DNA of 64,000 nt from Promethearchaeota archaeon (lineage in GTDB: Archaea; Asgardarchaeota; Heimdallarchaeia; Hodarchaeales; Hodarchaeaceae). Shown here piece after piece: positions 51,603-60,681 of this stretch. Under the pieces are notes generated by a model. That model was given only the letters and a program-made list of their open reading frames with translations, ran no database searches and was not told where the DNA came from. Within the stretch, counting starts at the first letter, position 1; every line of letters starts with the position of its first letter. The stretch covers positions 32,001 through 96,000 of the forward strand of contig JBHLMN010000022.1 of assembly GCA_048938105.1 (NCBI GenBank), written 5' to 3'. Made by a program: the position numbers and the translations under genes.

Positions 51603-54600
51603 TTGAAATGGAGTACCACAGTTCTCATACTAATGCTTTTCATTTGGCTATTGGTCTGTGGAAAAAGCCAAGAGCTTTCATTCACCCCTGAAAATCAACT
51701 CTCTAATGGTCAGGCTGCTGATCCTCGGTTTGGTAATTCCAAAATACATCAATACACTCCCCATGATCCCATTATTATTACAAGAAATAGTGATTTTGCC
51801 TCCCAAGGATATCCTGGTTCAGGAACTATTGATGATCCATATTGGATTAAGGGATTTAATATTACTTCTCCTGATGGTGATTTAATTGCCATTAGTGATA
51901 CTACTGCATATTTCTGTATTGCTAACAACTATCTCAATGGATTATCCACAGCGTGGGGAGGTATCGTCCTGAACAACGTTATTAACGGAATAATCGAAGA
52001 CAATCTCGTGTTAAACCATGAATATTTAGGAATAGTGACTTATTCCTCATCCAATATTGTTATAGTTAACAATATTGCTTTCAATAATGGTTTGAACGGA
52101 ATTCGACTTGAAATGGAATCAAATAATAACCTACTTGAAAACAATACTGTTCTGGATAACAAAGCAGATGGGATTTGGATGGGAATTTCATGTAACTATA
52201 ATAGGATTATCAATAATACGGTCTATGCTAACATTGGGATTGGAATCTATTTTGGTTTGGAAGATTTTTCATATACTGGGTGTAGTGATAGCTTCATTTT
52301 CCGTAATTTTATTTACAATAACAGCTATGGCATAAAATTCGAGTCTTCAGATAATAACATAATCATTGGTAATAAAATTTCCAATAATACTCATCATGCC
52401 ATTTATCTTGACGCTACGTCTGATAGTAACAGAATAGCAATTAATAATTTTTTTAACAATAATCTAGGGGAGCAGTCTCAAGCTTATGACGATGGAGCTG
52501 CCAATGTAATTTTTGCAAATCATTGGGACGACTGGATCACACCAGATGACGATGGAGATGGGATTGTCGACGCCCCCTACAATATCAGTGGTCTATCAAC
52601 AACACAAGATGGATTTGCACATGTATCTGCTATCATACCGCACAGCGACATTTCTATTGATGGAGATGCGATGTTTCATGCTACTGCGGCTGCCGAAAAT
52701 TGGCCTGGGAACGGAACCTTGTCAAATCCCTATATCATTGAGAGACTTATCATGATTGACATAAGGAATCGGACATTGATTGAAATTGCCAACACAAGCA
52801 TCCATTTTCAAATAAGAGACAGCTTACCTTGGGGAGGATCTATCGTTTTCTCTAAGGTTTCACATGGAATAATTCACAATAATACTATGGTTCGGAGTGG
52901 GATAGCCATTTATTCCTCCAGAAATTGTACCGTGTCAGATAATTTAGTAACTGGTGACTCAGGAGACGGAATACACCTCCTAAACTCCAATCACACATCC
53001 ATTCTTAGTAATCAAGTGTTCAATAATCAAGGTCAGGGAATTTCCATTGACACCTCTTGGGATAGCACCATCTCTGGAAATACTGTAAACAACAACAACG
53101 AAGACGGAATTCGCTTTAAGGATTCTACAGCCATTATTATTTCTAACAACACGGTTTCCCAAAACGGGGTTGGAATTTATCTTGGGAGTTCTAATAATAG
53201 CACTATTTCTAACAATATAGTCACCGACAACAAACACAATGGAATTTTTCTTGAGGATTCATCTAATAGCGCTATTTCCAACAATACAATCACTGGTTCT
53301 CCGTGGAGTGGAATTCGGCTATTAAATTCTAGTGAAAGTACCTTGGGAAATAATTCGATCACCGAATGTAGTGATGGAATTTCGGTTGATGAGTCGGAAA
53401 CACTCACCCTGACCAATAATATGGTCACTAGCAACAGTGCGGATGGAATTGACCTTTTTTATTCAGGGAATAGCATCCTATCGGGGAATATGGTCTCTAA
53501 TAATGGTGGTAATGGATTTAATATTTTTGATTCAGAGACCAGTGTTCTGACTGCCAATACAGCCTCTAATAACAATGACCTTGGAATTTTTCTTAGAGAT
53601 TCTACAGACATTACCCTTTCCAACAATACAATCAAGAGCAACAGCGGTGGAATTTTTCTTTGGTATTCTGGGAATAACACACTTGTGAGCAACACTATCA
53701 CAAACAATGGAAACATAGGAATAATCCTTGCTACTTCCAAAAACAATACGATTTTAGATAATATTTTGGTAAATAATGATCTTTTCATCGGGCATGCCGA
53801 AATTAATTGGGATATGCATGTGACATCTCCTACTCTAACTGATTATTTTCAAGCTGATGTAATGAACAATTCTATAAACGGGAAACCGCTCGTATATTGG
53901 CAACATGCTGCAGGTGGAACAATACCAGCTGGAGCTGCCCAGGTCATTCTGGTGAACTGTACGGCAGTAACAGTGGCGAATCAAGATCTTTCAAATGTCT
54001 TGTTTGGTTTACAAACGATTTCCAGCTCATGCGTGTCCATCTTAAACAATGTCATAGTTAATACTAGTATATCTGGAATCTATCTTCTAGATTCTATTAA
54101 TAGCACGATTGCTGATAATAAAATTACACACAACTATGGACTTGGAATTTTTCTTCAGGATTCTAATTCTAGCGCTATTTCCAACAATACGGTCACCAAC
54201 AACAGACACAATGGAATTTTTCTTGAGGATTCTAACAATAGCAATAGTTCAAAGAATGTTGTCACCGACAATGATGGTCATGGATTTTATCTTGGGAATT
54301 CTAAGAATTGTATGATTTCATCAAACATTATTTCTTACAATCGTGGAAAGGGAGTCGAAGTTAATGATTCTACCAACATCATCATTTCCAGCAATACCAT
54401 CTCTAGTAACGACAATGGGATTCATCTTGAGAATTCATGCAATAGCGTTATCTCTGACAATACAATAAACTACAATGAGGAAGACGGAATTCTATTTAGG
54501 GCCTCGGAGAATAGCACTATTTCCAACAATACGGTATCCAATAACATGAAAGGAATTATTCTTGGGGCCTCTGGGAATTGTGTTATTTATAACAATACAA

Positions 54601-55190
54601 TCACTGACCATGATTTTCAGGGAATCGAAATTCATCGTTCTACAGCTATTACTATTTCCAACAATATAGTCTCCAACAACGACAACAATGGAATTATCCT
54701 TGAGAATTCATCCAATAGCGTTATTTCTGACAATACAATAAACTACAATAGCGGAAACGGAATTGTATTTTGGTACGATGAAATCTTAATTTCTAAAAAT
54801 AACTTAATTTCTCATAATACAGTGTCTAACAATAGTGGATATGGTATTTTTATAGGTGGATCATCTAAGTTTTGCAATGTATCGTGGAACATTTTTAATG
54901 GGAATAATCGTGAGGGAACATCTCAAGCTAAAGACGATGGAAGAAATAATACCTTTGAACATAATTACTGGGACGATTGGACGGAACCCGACACGGACGG
55001 GGATGGGGTTGTTGATACACCTTATGATATTGATGGTGATGCAGAGAATCAAGATATGTACCCACGCGTTTCTCCAAATCCTGTTTCCACCCCATTTTTG
55101 AGCGAAAATATCCTCATGGGGTTAGTTTTTCTCGTACTCATCCTTCCTGTCCTGGGGATCTTAATTCGCAAGCAGAAGAGAAATTTTTGA
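51603..55190 (+). CDS. Large NosD/CASH beta-helix surface protein with TM anchor
   Basis: Signal peptide, two HxxIxI/GxGTxxNPY modules, many beta-helix repeats, TPFL-TM-RKQKR tail. Confidence 0.92.
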   Translation: MKWSTTVLILMLFIWLLVCGKSQELSFTPENQLSNGQAADPRFGNSKIHQYTPHDPIIITRNSDFASQGYPGSGTIDDPYWIKGFNITSPDGDLIAISDTTAYFCIANNYLNGLSTAWGGIVLNNVINGIIEDNLVLNHEYLGIVTYSSSNIVIVNNIAFNNGLNGIRLEMESNNNLLENNTVLDNKADGIWMGISCNYNRIINNTVYANIGIGIYFGLEDFSYTGCSDSFIFRNFIYNNSYGIKFESSDNNIIIGNKISNNTHHAIYLDATSDSNRIAINNFFNNNLGEQSQAYDDGAANVIFANHWDDWITPDDDGDGIVDAPYNISGLSTTQDGFAHVSAIIPHSDISIDGDAMFHATAAAENWPGNGTLSNPYIIERLIMIDIRNRTLIEIANTSIHFQIRDSLPWGGSIVFSKVSHGIIHNNTMVRSGIAIYSSRNCTVSDNLVTGDSGDGIHLLNSNHTSILSNQVFNNQGQGISIDTSWDSTISGNTVNNNNEDGIRFKDSTAIIISNNTVSQNGVGIYLGSSNNSTISNNIVTDNKHNGIFLEDSSNSAISNNTITGSPWSGIRLLNSSESTLGNNSITECSDGISVDESETLTLTNNMVTSNSADGIDLFYSGNSILSGNMVSNNGGNGFNIFDSETSVLTANTASNNNDLGIFLRDSTDITLSNNTIKSNSGGIFLWYSGNNTLVSNTITNNGNIGIILATSKNNTILDNILVNNDLFIGHAEINWDMHVTSPTLTDYFQADVMNNSINGKPLVYWQHAAGGTIPAGAAQVILVNCTAVTVANQDLSNVLFGLQTISSSCVSILNNVIVNTSISGIYLLDSINSTIADNKITHNYGLGIFLQDSNSSAISNNTVTNNRHNGIFLEDSNNSNSSKNVVTDNDGHGFYLGNSKNCMISSNIISYNRGKGVEVNDSTNIIISSNTISSNDNGIHLENSCNSVISDNTINYNEEDGILFRASENSTISNNTVSNNMKGIILGASGNCVIYNNTITDHDFQGIEIHRSTAITISNNIVSNNDNNGIILENSSNSVISDNTINYNSGNGIVFWYDEILISKNNLISHNTVSNNSGYGIFIGGSSKFCNVSWNIFNGNNREGTSQAKDDGRNNTFEHNYWDDWTEPDTDGDGVVDTPYDIDGDAENQDMYPRVSPNPVSTPFLSENILMGLVFLVLILPVLGILIRKQKRNF

Positions 55191-55326
55191 GGTAAAATAT
55201 ACGACATAAAAAGCATTTAAGCCTCAAAAAGCTACAACCCGTAATTTGGGATTAGGTCCAAAGGTGATTCTCTGGGGAAAAAAAAAAAGGTATTTCTCAA
55301 AAAAAGGGATGAGTATGTGATATGCA

Positions 55327-55375
55327 GACTCACTCCTCCTAGGTATTGAAAAAGCGCTTATTTACTCATGAAAAT
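55327..55375 (+). repeat. Array boundary site, copy 11
   Basis: gactcactcctcctaggtattgaaaaagcgcttatttactcatgaaaat. Confidence 0.93.
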
Positions 55376-55409
55376 TCGCAGGAAGTGTAAACAGTGAATA
55401 AGCTATATG

Positions 55410-57110
55410 TCATTCTTTTCTTTTAATAATTCCTTTTTGTAGTATTAGAGCGACAGTTATTAGTACAGTGATAATCAATCCGCCTATAACATTACCAGGA
55501 AAACCATTGGCATTTGTTCTAGTACTAGGAGTACTATTGACACTTGTACTAGTAGATTCCACCAAGGTTGTGGTAATAGTTGTATAACCAAAATTAATGA
55601 TTGTGAATGTATTATCAGATGTATCAGTATTCCAGACCCCATCAGCACAGCTCGCGTTTACTTTGATCAAATAGTTGGTGCCATTAGGTACTGTGGTGAT
55701 ATCCCATATATACATGGTTCCAGTAAAACCTGACTCCAAGGTAACCCACGATGTCCCCCCATCAGCGGAAAAAGAGACAGAATACGTGATTGAATGAGCC
55801 CAGGAATCAACACCATCTGTCCAAAAAATCGCGATTTCGTCTGAAAATGTCTCTTCACCATTAGGATGCGATACTGTTAGACCGAATATAAAGTGATTTT
55901 GAGGTAGATTCGAGGACGTGAGCGGATAGATATCTTGGTTATTCACTGAACCAGCAATAGGATAGGATTCATCTACAATACCATCCGTATCATTATCTGG
56001 GGTTGTCCAGTCACTCCAATAGTTAAACACGAAAATATTATTCGAACCATTATCAACTGCTTGAGATCCCGTATCAATGTTTCCAGAGAACTCATTGAAT
56101 AGAACTCTGTTATTAACAGAGCCATCTCGAAGTGAAACTCCATACCTATAGTTGTTGGTGAGAGTATTGTTGGATATCATACTGTTCTCAGAGTATTTAA
56201 AGCTAATTCCGTCCCCATTGTTGTCGTTAATACTATTGTCAGAGAGAATACAATTCTCAGAAGTACGAAGGGAAACTCCAGATTGATTGTTATTGTTGAT
56301 AGTATTGCCAGATAAAGTGTTATTAAATGAGGCAGTAAGACGAATTCCGTATTTAGTATTATTGGTAACGACATTGTCAGAGATGATACTATCCTCAGAG
56401 GAGCTGAGCCAAATTCCATTTCCACTGTTGTCGGTGACAACATTGTTGGTTAAAGTAGAATTCCCAGAAGTGATGAGACGAATTCCAAATCTACTGCTGT
56501 TGACAACAATATTATTGAACAGAGTAATACTTCTAGAGTAAAGAATCTCAATTCCTCCCAAACAATTGTTGGTAATTATATTATTAGATAATTGTCCATT
56601 AGTCACATTTTCTAGATAAATTCCAAATTCTCCTTGGTTTATTATACAGTTACTGATTCGAAAATATAAATTAGTATCCAGAATAGTTATCATGTTATAA
56701 TCATAGGAGCCAGAAATATTAAAATCATCAATGAGAATCGGAGACGAGGGGGTTCCATTACCAGGCCAATTATTCTTACTTGCTTGGGCAATGAAAAGAG
56801 AATCCCCCTCTATATAGATATAAGGATATTGTTTGGTTTCATTTATCACGTCTGCTTCGAATTTATCACGCAATTCCTGATTGAAACTCAAGATCTCTTG
56901 AGAAGAATCACTAAGGATCCAAGGACATGCTTCTATATCATCCTGGGTTTGACCAGGAAATTGAGATGCTAGATCATTTGAATAAAGGCATTTGGATTGA
57001 ACCATTATAGGACTGACCAAAAGGCTAAAAATACTCATGAATAGTACAAAATACAAAATGAATAGTTTTAACAAGGAGTATATAATTTGAATTTTATGAA
57101 ACTTCATCAT
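55410..57110 (-). CDS. NosD beta-helix surface protein with Ig-like module and PGNVIGGL-TM anchor (paralog of 22100-24055)
   Basis: Long near-identical blocks with the 22100 protein, fewer beta-helix turns. Confidence 0.9.
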   Translation of the reverse strand: MMKFHKIQIIYSLLKLFILYFVLFMSIFSLLVSPIMVQSKCLYSNDLASQFPGQTQDDIEACPWILSDSSQEILSFNQELRDKFEADVINETKQYPYIYIEGDSLFIAQASKNNWPGNGTPSSPILIDDFNISGSYDYNMITILDTNLYFRISNCIINQGEFGIYLENVTNGQLSNNIITNNCLGGIEILYSRSITLFNNIVVNSSRFGIRLITSGNSTLTNNVVTDNSGNGIWLSSSEDSIISDNVVTNNTKYGIRLTASFNNTLSGNTINNNNQSGVSLRTSENCILSDNSINDNNGDGISFKYSENSMISNNTLTNNYRYGVSLRDGSVNNRVLFNEFSGNIDTGSQAVDNGSNNIFVFNYWSDWTTPDNDTDGIVDESYPIAGSVNNQDIYPLTSSNLPQNHFIFGLTVSHPNGEETFSDEIAIFWTDGVDSWAHSITYSVSFSADGGTSWVTLESGFTGTMYIWDITTVPNGTNYLIKVNASCADGVWNTDTSDNTFTIINFGYTTITTTLVESTSTSVNSTPSTRTNANGFPGNVIGGLIITVLITVALILQKGIIKRKE

Positions 57111-57316
57111 TCCCCTTCAACTTGTTACTCCGACTTTCTTGATAAATAGGAAGATAGGAAAAACTTCCCATTATTATTTTAATTCTGATCAAACACATTA
57201 CTTTGAGTTTTATTATAACAACCCTAATGAATACTGTCTAAGGATAATCATTAAATGATAATTAAAAAGAGCTCCTTGGTTCTAGTCATTTTTTTTTTCT
57301 TTATGACTCTTTAGTC

Positions 57317-57395
57317 CTATTAGCTTTCACTTATACTTTACGAGACCAATTTAGGACAAAAACCTGAACAAGAATACAAGATGGGTGTATTCGGA
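57317..57395 (+). repeat. 79-bp repeat (partner 33707-33785)
   Basis: Gap-free alignment with 33707-33785. Confidence 0.85.
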
Positions 57396-57397
57396 TT

Positions 57398-57549
57398 GAA
57401 ATTTACAGGTCGCCTGTGTTTCGTAAAACCTCAATCGATAAATCATGCAAAATTGTTTCGATAGTTTTTCTGTCAGTTGGTGTAGACTCAAAATACAGAA
57501 CTCTCAACTCATCCGCTAATTCAGGCCCTCGTCAGTTGTTACAGTTTCC
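57398..57549 (-). pseudogene. Small-GTPase 3' remnant
   Basis: acctcaatcgataaatcatg...gatagtttttctgtcagt...gttgttacagtttcc colinear with ~35562-35714. Confidence 0.75.
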
Positions 57550-57575
57550 CTTACATGAATTATTATTAAGACGGA

Positions 57576-58922
57576 TTAAATCCTTAAGTTGTAATGGAGG
57601 GTGTCTTGTAAATCTTGGATTTCTGCAATTGGAACTTGATTCACATGTGTCAGGGGATTATCGGTTAGAATAACATATTTTAAAGCGGGACAGGAGTCTA
57701 GCGGGGAGAGATCAATGGTTTCCAACGAATTCCTATTAAAGAATAACTCCCATAACGACGGATGATTCCTGAACGGGGATAGATCAATGGAGGTAATAGC
57801 ATTATCACCCAACCTGAGTTCACGAAATTTAGGACAGTGCTGCAAGGGGGAAAGGTCTATGGTCTGAAAACGATTGTGGCTCAAGTCGAGATCTTTGAAT
57901 TCAGGTAACTGTGCCAACGGGGAAAGGTCAAGAGCGGTTAATTCATTGTCTTTCAATGAAATTTCTTCTAGATGGTCACAATTTCTGAGGGGGGAGAGGT
58001 CAAGACTTTGAAGTCCGTTATTAAATATAGTTATATCTTCTAGACTGTTTTTCGGAGGCATGGGGGGTAACACAACGGATGTCAAGGTTCTTAAAGAAAG
58101 AATTCCAATATATCTTAGGACAGGGAGGTGAGCTAATGGGGTCAAGTCAAGAGTCTGAAAATCGGTTCCTTCCGATAATTCGAAGTGGGTCAATTTCTGA
58201 CAATATCGAATCAGGTCAAAACAGACCATATCAATGATGTTCAAGTTTTCAGGGATCTTGAATTCGGTGATATCTCGTGTTTCCTTGAGTGGTTCCAAGG
58301 AGATGTACGGAAAGTCAAGGAATACATTCTTAATGAATGTTTCTTCAATGATCCGTGTAGGTGGGAAGAATCTTTCCATGAACAGAGTACACGGGACATA
58401 AGCATTCCCTGTTTCTTCATCTCGAATGACCCGATAATCAGTAAATGTTGAGATAAGGCGCGCCTGATCAATAATCTCAGATAATGTCAGGTCAATCTTC
58501 TCTGGTATTTCGGGATAAATAATCAATTGACTCTTTCGCCCAAAGACATACCCGCTATATTTTATTTCTAATTCTTCTGGATCAAAGATTGTTTCTGAGA
58601 TTGGCATCCAAACAGGTCTTTCTAGAACTTCGTTGATAGAGATCCGTTCATAGTTTTTCTTCATCTTTTCTTTACTAATCGTGGTTAAGGGACAAAGATA
58701 AAATACTAGATCCTGGTCACGGTATTCTAACACGGTATACAGATAATTCGTGGGATCGCCGAGATTCACGTTGAGTTCTTGGGCGACTAATGTGGCAATG
58801 ATAGAATCATCTTTGTCATACCGCAATTCACGCCTTGTTTGAGCAATCTTCTCGCTTATTTCCGCCTTCGAGAGTTGTTTCTGTTCGTGGATCTTCCTGA
58901 TTACCTGTTCCTTACTCTGCAT
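57576..58922 (-). CDS. LRR protein with N-terminal helical domain resembling the archaeal RPA/DUF2240 N-terminus
   Basis: Repeated N.L..LDLSPL..C..L; N-terminus EQVIRKIHEQKQLSKAEISEKI...IATLVAQELNVNL. Confidence 0.85.
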   Translation of the reverse strand: MQSKEQVIRKIHEQKQLSKAEISEKIAQTRRELRYDKDDSIIATLVAQELNVNLGDPTNYLYTVLEYRDQDLVFYLCPLTTISKEKMKKNYERISINEVLERPVWMPISETIFDPEELEIKYSGYVFGRKSQLIIYPEIPEKIDLTLSEIIDQARLISTFTDYRVIRDEETGNAYVPCTLFMERFFPPTRIIEETFIKNVFLDFPYISLEPLKETRDITEFKIPENLNIIDMVCFDLIRYCQKLTHFELSEGTDFQTLDLTPLAHLPVLRYIGILSLRTLTSVVLPPMPPKNSLEDITIFNNGLQSLDLSPLRNCDHLEEISLKDNELTALDLSPLAQLPEFKDLDLSHNRFQTIDLSPLQHCPKFRELRLGDNAITSIDLSPFRNHPSLWELFFNRNSLETIDLSPLDSCPALKYVILTDNPLTHVNQVPIAEIQDLQDTLHYNLRI

Positions 58923-59189
58923 CCCGAGCCCTCATGCTACGCGTTTTCCACCCATACCTGCTTGAGTTGAATATATTTTTGATCATTCTGATGATTGATC
59001 TCAACTTCTCTTACCTCCATAAATACCCTTTGTTTTTATGTCTGCTATGGTGATTTGTCTCTATCACGAATCAGTTCAGTCATCCAATAGTATAAGGGGC
59101 CAAAGAACATCCCAAAAAGTCCGACCACGAAAAGTACAGGGGAGACTAAGGTAAGGTCAACTCCATAAACGAATTCCCAATAAGATCGC

Positions 59190-59315
59190 GAGGAATGTGT
59201 TCGAAGTGGAAAGAGGGAGTCGTTTTACTCATGGGAGGGGTCTCTCCAAGGAAAATTCTACGATGTAGCTTACTCCTCCTAGGTATTGCAGAGGTTCTTA
59301 TTTACTCCTGAAAAT
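59190..59315 (+). repeat. ATPase 5' remnant plus boundary site, copy 12
   Basis: gaggaatgtgttcgaagtggaaagaggg exact to the ATPase; ends cttatttactcctgaaaat. Confidence 0.92.
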
Positions 59316-59350
59316 TTCAATTGAAATTCAGATCCCACCAAATATAGTTT

Positions 59351-59612
59351 TCATTTGCATTTCCAACGAAATCTTTTGGAAACAATGGAAACGAGAAGAA
59401 TGAGGAAAAGTAAACTGAAGGAAGAAAAGGGTAACGAAAAGGAGGCTGGTTGATAGTGGTAGACATCAGATCAGACCTCAGGCCATGTACTATAGATTTT
59501 GGAGGATGAGACATGGAACTCTTCTATGATATCGTCTACATCAAGGAGCACCCACGTGTCAACGGTACATGGTAGACAGGTGAAGTTTTCACCCCAATAT
59601 TGGTACGGGAAG
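59351..59612 (-). pseudogene. 3' remnant of a C-terminally anchored protein gene
   Basis: Frame reads FPYQYWGENFTCLPC...WPEV*SDVY...SLLFLILLVSIVSKRFRWKCK*; one internal stop, no start found. Confidence 0.5.
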
Positions 59613-59677
59613 GTAATATGAAAGAAGACGAAAAACTACTATACTGGAACTCGTCGTTGTATCCCTGAAAGCGTACC

Positions 59678-60664
59678 TTAATTTTGACTCCCTTTTTTCC
59701 ATTGAAATAACGGCTTTAACTTGTCCCTCTTTTTCTGGAACTTATTGTTTTCTTCTACAATAAATATAACAGAATCTTCTGCTTCTAATTTCTCCCAGAG
59801 AACGTTTAACTCTAATTTATATTCACCAGGTTCAAGTTTATACAAAATCGCATTCTGTGTTTCAGCTATTAATTCGTTGTTTATCTTCCATGTGTATTTG
59901 GGTTTATTTATTATCGTCTTTTTTCCAGTAAAATAACTTAGAGAACGTAATTTTACTGGAGGAGAGATGGCTTCATCTCCTTGTTTTGGGGACATGATTT
60001 TTGCGACCAACTGCAGAGGCTTAGCATCTGGTACTTTTAAGGTGGAACTAATCGTATTTACATTATTATATGCTATTATTTCTATTAAACAGTTTTCACC
60101 ACCAATTAAAGCTTCTTTTTTGATCATAATTTCGTTGATTGTCAATCTTGAAGCAATTCTTCGCCAGTTAATTCCCCCATCTGCACTTGTTCGAACAGTA
60201 AAATACAGGGGAATAGATTCTGAATGAGTAGCTTTCCAATAGACTCTATATGTATCTTCATCCCTCTCTTCTATCTTGACTTCTTCTTCAAAAATCGGTT
60301 TTCCAGCTGGTATAATAATTTCATGAATTTCAATATCTTTGAAAATAAATGTTATTCTATTTGCTCCCTCTGGAAAGGGTATTTTTGACTTAACAAATAA
60401 TGTCTCATTTGTCACTAATCTTTTAAATTTATCTTTATTCTCAAAAAGTTTTGGATAAGTTCTTGAACCCAAGTTTGCACCCCATTGTAGCAACAGTTGT
60501 TCATCATTATACAACGCGATTGTTAATGGGCTTTCTTCAAAATTTTTTACTCCCATAGAGTTCAAAGTTAGGTATGAGGGTCGTAAATACAGCTTATTAT
60601 CAGGGGATAAATATCCTGAAATACTTAAATATTGAACAGGTTTGTTTTTATCTTTTCCTTTCAC
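59678..60664 (-). CDS. Hypothetical beta-sandwich (Ig/FN3-like) protein, partner of upstream protease
   Basis: 328 aa; VRTSADGGINW motif; 17 bp downstream of 60682-63510. Confidence 0.78.
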   Translation of the reverse strand: MKGKDKNKPVQYLSISGYLSPDNKLYLRPSYLTLNSMGVKNFEESPLTIALYNDEQLLLQWGANLGSRTYPKLFENKDKFKRLVTNETLFVKSKIPFPEGANRITFIFKDIEIHEIIIPAGKPIFEEEVKIEERDEDTYRVYWKATHSESIPLYFTVRTSADGGINWRRIASRLTINEIMIKKEALIGGENCLIEIIAYNNVNTISSTLKVPDAKPLQLVAKIMSPKQGDEAISPPVKLRSLSYFTGKKTIINKPKYTWKINNELIAETQNAILYKLEPGEYKLELNVLWEKLEAEDSVIFIVEENNKFQKKRDKLKPLFQWKKGSQN

Positions 60665-60681
60665 TTTTCTACATCCTCTAA

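Noticed and set aside
51603-55190. Diversity-generating retroelement behind surface-protein variation
   Set aside because: No reverse transcriptase and no TR/VR pair with adenine-specific mismatches seen
55278-55288. A11 tract as a phase-variation switch
   Set aside because: Intergenic between convergent genes, with no evident coding or promoter effect
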